A DNA stretch of 38,612 bases from Spirogloea muscicola (lineage: Eukaryota): positions 732,824-771,435 of the forward strand of contig WELB01000020.1 in NCBI GenBank assembly GCA_009602725.1. The letters are read 5' to 3'. Under the pieces are notes generated by a model. The model was given only the letters and a program-made list of their open reading frames with translations, was not told the DNA's origin and did no database searches. The translations under genes were made by a program, and so were the position numbers. Below, piece after piece: positions 1 to 9,269 of the stretch (the first letter of the stretch is position 1; each line of letters starts with the position of its first letter).

Positions 1-272
1 TTTGGGTCTTGTGTCCTGCTACCGTATGCGCTTGTCTATGTCCCTACAGCGGTCCCAGGCGATTGCTTTGCATCGCCGGGCTGGTCGCGCCCTTGCAGCA
101 GCCTCTGGGTTGCGCAGCGGGGTTGCTCTTCCTCCCCTCAGCTCATCTGACTTCCTACTGCTGACTCGGGGGTATTGAGGGCGCCCTGTCTGCCTAGCCT
201 ACGGCTCCGTCATGAACACCTGTATGCATCTGGCTGGCAGTGTACAGCCGATTTTTTAATATCAGCAGCCGC
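1..272 (+). mobile_element. 3' end of a CRE-like RLE non-LTR retrotransposon (subfamily F): ORF C-terminus plus 3' UTR
   Basis: Frame from nt 2 reads LGLVSCYRMRLSMSLQRSQAIALHRRAGRALAAASG...SSDFLLLTRGY* (stop 176-178), homologous to the C-termini of the other RLE copies. The 3' UTR has the GGCTG-gcagtgta-CAGCC hairpin and ends ATCAGCAGCCGC. Confidence 0.8.
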
Positions 273-304
273 TTGATCCACCGCCGCTCGTCAGCCTGCC
301 CGTC

Positions 305-2149
305 ATGAAGGCCGCCGCCGCCACCGGCGCCGCCGTCGCCCTGCTCCTCTGCGCGGCCGCCGGCGCCGCCGTCGCGCAGAGCAGCTCTCCGCCGAGCACG
401 AAAGGTGCGCTGCGCGGCAGCCCGTGACGGGATGAGATCATGTCTCCTATATCTGCTGGACGTGCAGCAAGTCCACAAGGACGCAGCGAGCTTAGGACCG
501 GAAGCTCTTAACACCCTGCTGCGAGAGACAAGAAGTAGCATCTACGCCAGTAAAGAGAAGACCTCAACAAAGGATTTCACATCCCCACTTGGGTAACATC
601 TTGCAAGATGAAGTGCTCCACATTTTATCTGGCATGCTCGAGAAGTTTTTCTCCTTATGGAGCACCTACGCTTTGGCTTCTGCAGTGCCCATAACCGACA
701 ACTTCACTGACTACGAGCTCTTCCAGCTTGCTCTGAACCTTGAGTACCTTGAGGCTGAGTTCTACCTCTTCTCCGCCTATGGCTATGGCCTTGACAAGCT
801 CGCGCCAAGTCTCACCGGCGGAGGCCCTTCTCCTATTGGAGGACAGAAGGCTGTGCTGTCTCCGGACGTGGAGGCCATTGCCCAGATGCTCGGGCTTCAG
901 GAGATAGGGCACATAAGGTTCGCACACCTGAAGCAGCCACTATAATGCTCAAAGAAAAGCCGCGCACGTAGGATGTTGATGGAGTAGTCAACTATCTGAA
1001 GGCAACGCCTGACTTTCTGCCTTGGTTATTCGCAGGATCATCCGCCAGTTTCTTGGCAACAAGGCTTTCCCACGGCCTCTCATGAATATCGGAAGCGTGT
1101 GGGAGACGATCGGGAAGGATGCGCTGCTGCCTGCTATATTCAATCCCTACGTAGGCGATGTTCCTTGGCTTCTTGCAGCGTACAACCTCCCTTACGTTGG
1201 CCTCACAGGTTATGTCGGCAGCAATGACTATTTGACCAGCAGGAAGGCCAAGCACGTGAGCTTTCTATGATCTATTTGGTTTTGCATAATAACCTATGGC
1301 TTAGGATGCTACGTTGTCACGAGCTCTGGGTAGAGCTGTGAATGTTCGAAGTTTTCATCAAGCATTAAAAGGTCAAGTGGCAAGGTTTTGATGAGGATGT
1401 GATCGTTAGTACCACTGCTCGGCAGCATGTTCATATTTATCTCGCCAGTTCACAGGACGCCCACCAGATGTTGCCTTTTGACTCTCATGACCGGCGGGGG
1501 TCGGTATCTGCTTCAGCTGTTGGCGGGCGTACTTGGCGTGGAGGGAGGTCAAGACGCTATGCTCCGAACTTTACTGTGGAGCATTTGGGATAGTACTATT
1601 TCTCCTTATGGCCTGGCTGTGAAAAACATCACTGGTCTGCTTACACACTTGGGCAACATCCTCAACGGCCCCGACGCACCTGGCATTGTCATGGAGGTAA
1701 TAAGCTGGCAAAGATATTTCCATTTATAAACTCGTTATCTACTGCCATACACATCAGGTTGCACCCGGATTCAGTAATCTTTCCATGTACATGGACTTGA
1801 TGGAGTATCTCCTTGTCAGATTTGCCAAAGAATACTGCTTGCACTTGGATTTATAGATGACTTAAACAATCTCATTAGATCATTGGTCTCATGATTCTAC
1901 AGCTAATGCGAAGAGTTTTGTTGGTGATGTCAATTTCTGCAGAATATTGTGGTGCCTCCTTCACAAGGAGCGGAAGGCAAAACCAGTACCAACATCCTTT
2001 CTGCAAACGGTTCCTCAGTTTCGTATCAGAGAACTCCTGGCCAGGTCCTGACCACCGTCTATGGAAGCAAGGACCCGTTTGTACCTGGCGGCTTCTTCCC
2101 AAAGGGTGCAAATGGAGCAATTGCCAGGTCATATTTGAATCCAGCGTAA
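305..2149 (+). CDS. PCC13-62: Desiccation-related protein PCC13-62-like (ferritin-like fold), paralogue 1, secreted
   Basis: Exons 305-404, 686-917, 1036-1255, 1517-1696, 1943-2149, all GT-AG and in phase. Signal peptide MKAAAATGAAVALLLCAAAGAAVA. Family motifs LNLEYLEAEFY, QEIGHIR, PYVGLTGYVG, LLAGVLGVEGGQDA, GAEG, RTP and PGGFFPKGANG. Confidence 0.92.
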
Positions 2150-2844
2150 ACGGTTGGTATCCACATGGCTGACACTCCCAGAGACTTGGGCTTTGAAGAT
2201 TTCGCCAAGTAATGTAGTGAATGGCAATAACTGTACAGCACAGAGACAGGTCTCTCTGCAGATGTGCTAGCCTTTTTACTTGGCCAAATTGGCCATTTGG
2301 CCTTCGTTTGTTTCAAATTCACGAAGTTTCTTCTGTAGCTTGTAACCGGCTGCCGCCATCTACTCCAGTCACGACATTAGCAGACTTCGCAGTTTTTGAA
2401 AATATGTACCCTTCTTTAGGCAACACATGAGACCAAGCCAAACATTAGGCTTAGCTGAGAGCCCATTTGGCTTCACTTCTTAGCTTGCAAGTATGCTTTG
2501 TTCAAAGTACAGCTTGTGGAGCTTATCTGAATGGCACACGTCGCAGGCTGAAGCCTACTCCTGTGCGACGATGTGCTACTTAATTCAGGCATGCAATGCT
2601 TGCAAGATTGTATTCAGATTCTCCTTTTCTAGTGCGGGTATGTGGTCTGCAATTTGGTCTGTGTGTTCCAAAAGTCACCGAGAGTGAAAAACTGAAATGA
2701 CGAAATAGTCATGGCCTCTTGATTTGCTTCTTGTCACCAGTACAAGCGCTTGTGGTTGAGACCTTAGGTCGGCCAGCACAATGGCGGTTGATACGCTCGA
2801 TAAGTAGCTGACGAGGAAGTGGGTTCATCAAAGAAACAAAACAG

Positions 2845-3100
2845 CTCTTCGAAATTGACAGCAGTGGCTGTGAGAGGTCAGCCCAAAGCAATGGAAAACG
2901 CCTGAAAGGGCCAGATGACGCAGAAAACAGGAGAGACGTGGCTCTTCCAGTGGGGCAAGAAGTGCTCGCCCGTAGAGAAGTGGGGCTGGCAAAGCCAGCC
3001 CAAAACGAATGGACAATATCCAAATTCAAGGGCAAGGACTGTGAATGAGAAAAGCCAGCCTTCATAAAATTCACAAAGTTCGAGAGAGTGGAAGGCTCTT
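2845..3100 (-). repeat. Stack of short retroelement 3'-end modules
   Basis: The minus strand has three GGCTG...CAGYC hairpins in tandem (about 3040-3060, 2982-3001, 2865-2885). One is followed by GGGCGAGCAC-TTCTT, matching the element 3' termini elsewhere. Confidence 0.7.
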
Positions 3101-3109
3101 CCACTCCGC

Positions 3110-3195
3110 TTTAGCACTCCGGCTCCTTCAGACCTTGTCCATTCCTTTGGGCTGGCCTCTCGCAGCCACCAGTTACTCTGGCCGCACTAGCTTCT
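3110..3195 (+). repeat. Short 3'-end module (subfamily C)
   Basis: AGACCTTGTCCATTCCTTTGGGCTGGCCTCTCGCAGCCACCAGTTACTCTGGCCGC is closely similar to 32104-32160. Confidence 0.7.
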
Positions 3196-3955
3196 GCGCT
3201 GTTCCCACGGCAGAGAGCGGACGGCGGCCCACGACCGCCTCCAGAATGTGATGCATGGCATCCTGGTAGAGGCGGGCTTCTCGGTGCAGCGGAGCACTCC
3301 GGCGTCATGCCGCTCCAGCAAAGGGCCGACGGTCTCCACGCACGTCGCGTAGACCTTTTGGCCACCCCACCAGCCGGCGGGCCACGTCTTATCCTGGACG
3401 TGGTGACCACAGACGCCTACGACCGCTCACACCCAGCCCAATGTGCCATCAAGGCTGGGTATGCGGTCGCCTGCGCCGCTCGCGCTAAAGATCAATCATC
3501 CGCGGGAAGACAAGTTCTTCCCGCTGGCGATTGACACGCATGGGGCGTTGTGCGCTCGGTGGCTCGAGTTGCTCACCCAGCTCGCCCGCCACGCCATCGC
3601 CCGCCGCTTCCATGGGGAGCCGGTGGACTTTCCTGCAGCCGGGTGGCTAGCGCAGGTGTACCGGATGCCCTTGGCCGTCTCGCTGCAGCGCTTGATGGCC
3701 CGCGCGCTGCACCTGCGGGCCGGCAGAGCCCTCGCTGCCGCCTCTGGCTCCGGCCAGGGAACGGACCCACTTCCAGGAGCCTAGCGTCTCTGACCTAGGC
3801 TGCTTAGCAGGCAGGGGTTACTGAGTGATCCGTAGCTGCTTTGTTTCTTTGTGTGCTTGTTTTCCTTAGCGCTTCCCCTGGCCCCCTTCTCGTACTTTGT
3901 AATACTTTTTTAGGCTGGCTTTTCCAGCCCCTATCCTCAATAGGCGCACCTTTTC
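3192..3955 (+). mobile_element. 5'-truncated, decayed CRE-like element (subfamily A): RLE region plus 3' UTR
   Basis: Frameshifted reading MPLQQRADGLHARRVDL...LILDVVTTDAYD...FFPLAIDTHGA. The 3' UTR carries the GGCTGGCTTTTCCAGCCCC hairpin and a CTTTTCT tail. Confidence 0.85.
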
Positions 3956-4019
3956 TGCTTAACTTTTCCAGCCATAGCCCCCATTGGGCTTCTTCTCGAC
4001 GCCGCCAGCAGAGGAGACA

Positions 4020-6310
4020 GTGCTCGCCCATTGAGGATAGGGGCTGGAAAAGCCAGCCCAAAAAAGAATGAACAGAGTACGAGAAGGGGGCCAGGGGAAG
4101 CGCTAAGAAAAACAAGCACACAAAGAAACAAAGCAGCTACGAATCACTCAGTAACCTCTGCTAAGCAGCCGCAGATCAGAGATGCTAGGCTTCTGGAAGT
4201 GGGTCCCCTGGCTAGAGCCAGAGGCAGAAGCGAGGGCTTTGCCGGCGCGAAGGTGCAGCGCGCGGGCCATAGACCTCTGCAGCCAGGCTTCAATGCTGCC
4301 GGCTCCCTCTCGCAGGTCTTTCGGATGAGGCTGGCGGTCTCGCTGCAGCGCTCTTTGGCTCATGCGGTCCACGCGCGGGCTGGCCGTGCTATGGCTGCTG
4401 CTTCCGGGTCTCGGCAAAGTGCCGCTTCTCCTGCTCCGAGTTACTCTGATCTGCTGTTGCTCACACGTGGATACTAAGCAGCCATCTGCATCTCCCTCTG
4501 CACCATCTTGCACTTTGTAGTGTAGTCCTTTTTCAGCACCTCTTTCTTTGGCTTTGAACATTGTCCATTCTTTTTGGGTTGGCTTTGCCAGCCCCTCTTC
4601 TCAATGGGCGAGCACCTTCTTTCTGCAGCGAGACGGCCTGGGGCATACGAGACTTTTGCGCCAGCGACCCGGCTGCAGGAAAGTCTACCGGCTCCCCATG
4701 GAAGCGACGGGGGATGGTGTGGCGGGCGAGCTGGTTGAGCAACTCGAGCCACCAAGCGCCCAGCGCCCCATGGGTGTCAATCGCCAACGGGAAGAACTCG
4801 ACTTCCCGCGGATGGTCGGCGCACTTGAGCTCTTTAGCCCGAGCGGCGCAGGCGACCGCATACCCAACCTTGACGGCACATTGGGCTGGGTGTGAGCGGT
4901 CGCATGCGTCGGTGGTCACCACGTCCAGGAGAAGACGTGGCCCGCCGCCCTGTGGGGTGGCCACCAGGTCTACTCGACGGGCGTGGAGACCGTCGGCCCT
5001 TTCCTGGAGCGGCATGACGCCGGAGTGCTCCGCTGCCACCGAGAAGCCAGCCTCCGCCAGGATGCCATGCATCGCATTGCGGAGGCGGTCGTGGGCCGCT
5101 GTCCGCTCGCCACCATGGGCGCAGCGCAGAACATGAGCGGCGAGCTCCCCAGACTCGGCCCCTCGCTCCACGCATACACACTGACGCACGCCCTGGAGAC
5201 ATAGAGGCGGCAATCCCCGGAGCCGGTGGACGGCAGTGCAAAATACCTGATCGGGGAGAGTGAGGGCGTCATTGATGGGGAGGGCCTGAAGCCACGCCGC
5301 TGCCCCCGGGGAGGAGGCCCCGCGCAAGTCGGCCTCGGGGAGCTGCAGCACGGCGGTGGTGGAGGTGGCCTTGTCGACCACGGACGCGAAGCGCGCTTGG
5401 ACGCGCAGGTCAGCGGTGTGCGCGAGGTGCGTAAAAGAGACCGCCTGGCCTGCCAGGTCCGGGTGCGCCGCGAGCAGCTCCTGGTGGGCGGAGCGAAGCG
5501 ACACCTGGAACGGCAGCGCGCCCATGTCGACCTCCACCACCGCCTGCTCCAGTGCACGCCGGCCGTGGACCATGAAGCGCTGGCCAACGGAGGCGGCAGT
5601 CTGCGCCCAGCTGCCGACGTATGCAGCCCGGCAAGAACGGGCGAGCGGGCGCAGGCCGAGACCACCGTGGCTGAGGGGAAGCGCCGCCTGGTGGTTAGCG
5701 GCTGGCGACTGGAGGAAGCCCTGGTGGCGGACCAGGGCCGCCAAGCTCGCCACCATGCCTGCGTCAAAATCGGCGTACGCCGCCAACGCCCCTGGGGACG
5801 GCGGAGTGACCCGCGTCAAGTACTGGGGCCGCTGCTTAATGGCCTTGGTCAACATGGCCAACGACAGCTGCATATCGTCCAGCTCGGGAAGCCGGGCCGC
5901 AGGCTGAAGATGCTCCGCAAGGCGGGCTCGCAGCTGCCCCCCCACGAAGGACGGCGCGCCCATGGGGACCCCCAGCAGGGAGAAGCCATTTGCTGGAGTC
6001 TGGCAGCCGGTGGGCAGCGTCAGGGTGGGTGGGTAGGCCGCAGGGAGACCAAGCCGCGCACTTCAACGCCCGGGTGGACAGGCCGAGGGTGGGCAGCTCA
6101 AAGGTGACGAAGGCCGCCGCCACGTCTTCCAGAGGGCCGACTATGGTGGTGTCGTCCGCGAAGGTGGGGAGTAGGACTCCTGGGTGTGCCGCCGCGGTAG
6201 CCTGCAGAGCCCGGTGGTGAGCGCGCGCAAAGTAGAAGCCGGCGAGGGGGTGCCACTTGCCGCGTGCCCGCTTGGGACTGCGGGACCTCCACTCGATCCA
6301 CCCCCGTCCG
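4020..6310 (-). mobile_element. CRE-like non-LTR retrotransposon (subfamily A), RT-zinc knuckle-RLE, 5'-truncated and frameshifted, interrupted by a nested insertion
   Basis: Degenerate SQAGTRQ(GD)PL motif near 6260, catalytic TFADDTTIVG, KCAAWSP, GFSLLGVPMG, RPQYLTR, QAALPLSHGGLGLR, AAAWL, CVC...HVLRCAHGGERTAAHDRLR, RRVDL..LLLDV..KELKC..FFPLAIDTHG. The C-terminus SISDLRLLSRGY* (stop 4148) and the 3' UTR end at GGGCGAGCA near 4021. Frameshifts near 6030 and 6255. Confidence 0.9.
4284..4621 (+). mobile_element. 5'-truncated subfamily B element nested antisense in the subfamily A copy
   Basis: PGFNAAGSLSQVFRMRLAVSLQRS...SYSDLLLLTRGY* plus a 3' UTR ending GGGCGAGCAC-CTTCTT. Flanked by the direct repeat TCTGCAGC at 4276-4283 and 4622-4629 (target-site duplication, TSD). 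Confidence 0.9.
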
Positions 6311-6312
6311 CC

Positions 6313-6510
6313 AGAGGAAGGGGCTCGCCCATTGAGGATAGGGGCTGGACAAGCCAGCCCAAAAAAGAATGAACAAAGAACGAGAAGGGGGCCAGAGGAA
6401 GCCAGAGGAAGCGCTAAGAAACCAAAGCACACAAAGAAAGAAAGCAGCTACAAATTACTCAGTAACCCCTGCTAAGCAGCCGCAAATCAGAGAGGCTAGG
6501 GTCCTGGGCG
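6313..6510 (-). mobile_element. Subfamily A 3'-end fragment in tandem upstream of the long copy
   Basis: QDPSLSDLRLLSRGY* plus 3' UTR, hairpin at 6341-6360, terminus GGGCGAGCCC-CTTCCTCT. Confidence 0.85.
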
Positions 6511-6837
6511 GGAGGCAGAGTAGCTCCGTCGCGGGGGTATTTGTTTCTCTTTCTACTCTTTGATGCGGCTGCTGATATCGAGAGATGCTGATATCGAGAG
6601 AGCCGCTGTGCGTACCGAGAGTTCTGGTGGGGAAAGTGGGGGTTGGAAACGGATGGAGTAGTGCATTGAGGTGGAAGGTGTGACGAGGGGCCCGAATTGA
6701 ATGGCCAAGTACCGGAGTGAGGGGGGTGTCTGACCGCCGACAACGACCCGGCGTTTGAAGCAGCCTTGCAACGGATGTCTGTCGGGGAGATCGACGGCTC
6801 GCCGCGGTTGTCGCCGCGCGCTCCCGCCTGCCGGCGC

Positions 6838-6897
6838 GCCACGTGGCTGCAGGCTGACGCCAGCGCCGGCAGCTTGAGCCGCGGCGACGCCACGCGG
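6838..6897. promoter_or_regulatory. Candidate ABRE/G-box plus CE3-like coupling element upstream of PCC13-62 paralogue 2
   Basis: Perfect palindrome GCCACGTGGC at 6838-6847 and CCGCGTGGC on the minus strand at 6889-6897. The GC-rich context and the N at 7001 weaken the linkage to the gene. Confidence 0.35.
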
Positions 6898-7001
6898 CGC
6901 CGACGGCGAGAGGTGGGGGAGCTGACCGGGAGGAGGGAGGCGGCCATCTGAGTGAGGGGCCAGGTAACATCACCGTCCATCTCGCGGGGAGGGAGGTTGG
7001 N

Positions 7002-8735
7002 CCGCGCTGCGCGCCGCCGCGCTGCTGGCGCTGGTCGCCGCCGCCGCCGCGCAGGGGCTCAGATGCGCCGAGGCGGATTGCGGTGAGAGCCCATCTCCCT
7101 CGCTCGCGCTGCCCTGGCCCGTCTAGCCTTGGTCTCGCAAGCAAGGCTCCAGCTTGCTGTGGCCGCATCCCGAGGCCCAGGTGGCCCACCGCTCGGCTGA
7201 GCCACTGCTTTTCGAGAGCGCGGCTCAAGCCCCGCGTCTTGAGTCGCGCATCCGCCGTCGTGGGTGCCGGCCGTCGCATTGAGAGCTGGCCGGCGGCGGT
7301 TGTCTCGCAGTGCCCATCACGGGCAATTTCACGGAGGTGCAGCTCTTCCAGCTGGCGCTCAACCTGGAGTACCTGGAGGCCGAGTTCTACCTCTTCTCCG
7401 CCTTCGGCTACGGCCTCGACAAGCTCGCCCCGCAATTGGCGGCCGGCGGGCCGTCTCCCATCGGTGGCAAGAAGGCTGCGCTGTCGCCAGAGGTCCGTGA
7501 GATCGCCATCATGCTCGGGTACCAGGAAATAGGCCACATCAGGTAAAGTCCCAAGACACGACCGGGTTGTCACAGCACTGGCCGTATGTCAAGCAGTGGC
7601 GCCTGCCGCTGACATGGTTTGATGATGCATTGAGGGTTGAAGTGAAGTATGCTGCGAGCGTGAGCAGGATCATCCGCCAGTTCCTCGGCAAGAACGCCTT
7701 CTACCGTCCGCTCATCGACATTGGAAGCGTGTGGAAGACGCTGGGCCAGAAGGCGCTGCTGCCTGGCAACCACACCTTTGACCCCTACTCGGGCGACATC
7801 CCGTGGCTACTCGCGGCGTTCAACATCCCTTATGTCGGCCTCACAGGCTACGTCGGCAGCAACGACTACATGACCACTAGAGATGGGAAGCACGTAAGAG
7901 CTGCAAAGCCATTGAAAGATCGCCTGTCGACCACCCATGCCTTTGGGGCCTACCTCGCCATCGGCTCTCGTTGACGCGCTAACAAGGTGTGCGTATGTGG
8001 GCTTGGTGGTGGTCAGCTGCTGGCTGGCGTGCTGGGCGTAGAGGGCGGCCAGGACGCGATGCTGCGCACATTGCTATGGACCCGGCGGGAGGAGCACGTT
8101 GCCCCTTTCGGCTTGGCTGTCAAGAACATTACCGGCCTTTTCGTGCACCTCGGCAACATCCTCAACGGCCCCACAGCGCCTGGCAACGTTATGGAGGTAC
8201 ATTATCAACCACCACCCTGTGCAACTAACTGAGAGTCAGGGTCAAATGTCTTAGCAGTCACTCTCTGGTGCTTTTGGCTCATGGTCATGCCTAACCTTGC
8301 GGACATTGACCTACAACAAAGCACTTCTAGCCTGTGCACGCGTCAGCGTCAGCAACATTGTTGTATGGTCTTGAATAAATGCGGCTTTCTGCCATCTCCA
8401 TCTGTTGCTCCTGGTCAGGTGGTAGTGGTAGCCATCAGCAGCTGGCTCCATCTTCAAGTTGTTAAGTAGCTGGCTATCAATAAAATTAGCTCCACAGCTG
8501 ACGCCAAGATGTGTACACGTGCTTGCTGCAGAACATTGTCGTCCAGCCTAGACTTGGTGCAGAGGGGAAAACCGGCACCAACATCCTTGCCGGCAATGGG
8601 TCCTCTGTGTCCTTCCAGCGGACGCCCAGGGAGGTGTTGTCGACAGTGTATGGAGGGTCTCCATATTTGCCTGGTGGATTCTTCCCCAGCGGTGCTGGTG
8701 GCGACATCGCCGTCTCCTACAAGGATCCACTGTGA
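7002..8735 (+). CDS. PCC13-62: Desiccation-related protein PCC13-62-like, paralogue 2 (start codon lost at N 7001)
   Basis: Exons <7002-7082 (..ALRAAALLALVAAAAAQGLRCAEADC, signal peptide), 7311-7542, 7668-7893, 8017-8196, 8532-8735. Same intron positions and phases and the same motifs as paralogue 1. Confidence 0.9.
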
Positions 8736-9269
8736 GCTGTATCACATTTTTTGCTCAATGACAAGTGCTGCTGGGGCTCCTCCCTGTGGCCGCGTGAGAG
8801 CTACAAAGTTGCAGGCTCGAAGCATCTTCTGCTGGACTGATGAGGGTGGGCCACAGCATAGTGATCTTCTTCGGATATTTGCATCTGAAGCCCCATTGCC
8901 TTATTAGATGACAACCGACTTTGTCTGGTTCTTCAGTTGATCAGACCATTGTCTGGTTCTTTAGTTGATCAGACCATTATTTGGAAACGATTGTGGTATT
9001 AAAATCATGTTTTACAAGCTTGGAAAGAGACTGCCAGCTAGCCATGAAGTTCCCTCTGAGTTGGACAAATGTAACAATTGCGGCAAGGAACCAAATGTTT
9101 ATAATCGGCATGACGTCACACAGGTTCTAGTCAATGTCAAAGAATTTACACTGCACATACCTAGTGATGCGACTATACAAGTATGTACATTGGCAACAAT
9201 GAACAAATTTGGTCTGTTGTACATAAAGGGTTTGAGTACCAAGCTTCTTCATAGCAGCTATTGTTCACA

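Noticed and set aside
405..685. ORFs 405-596 and the N-terminus of 589-945 as coding sequence
   Set aside because: They lie in intron 1 of PCC13-62 paralogue 1 (GT at 405, AG at 684-685). The signal-peptide exon is 305-404.
952..975. Class II terminus-like word (AGAAAAGCCGCGC) in a PCC13-62 intron
   Set aside because: The match is too short and diverged to support.
3800..4160. Hammerhead or HDV ribozyme, or tRNA-derived SINE, in the repeated UTRs
   Set aside because: I see no CUGANGA/GAAA core in a suitable stem context and no A/B boxes. The sequence directly follows the ORF stop, so it is a 3' UTR.
4548..6220. Long overlapping plus-strand ORFs (e.g. 5226-6107)
   Set aside because: They are antisense shadows of the GC-rich retrotransposon ORF and have no recognisable motifs.
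2845..6510. Spliced-leader, snRNA or rRNA target gene for the CRE-like elements
   Set aside because: No recognisable RNA gene or constant flanking target sequence. The flanks share only short CT-rich words.
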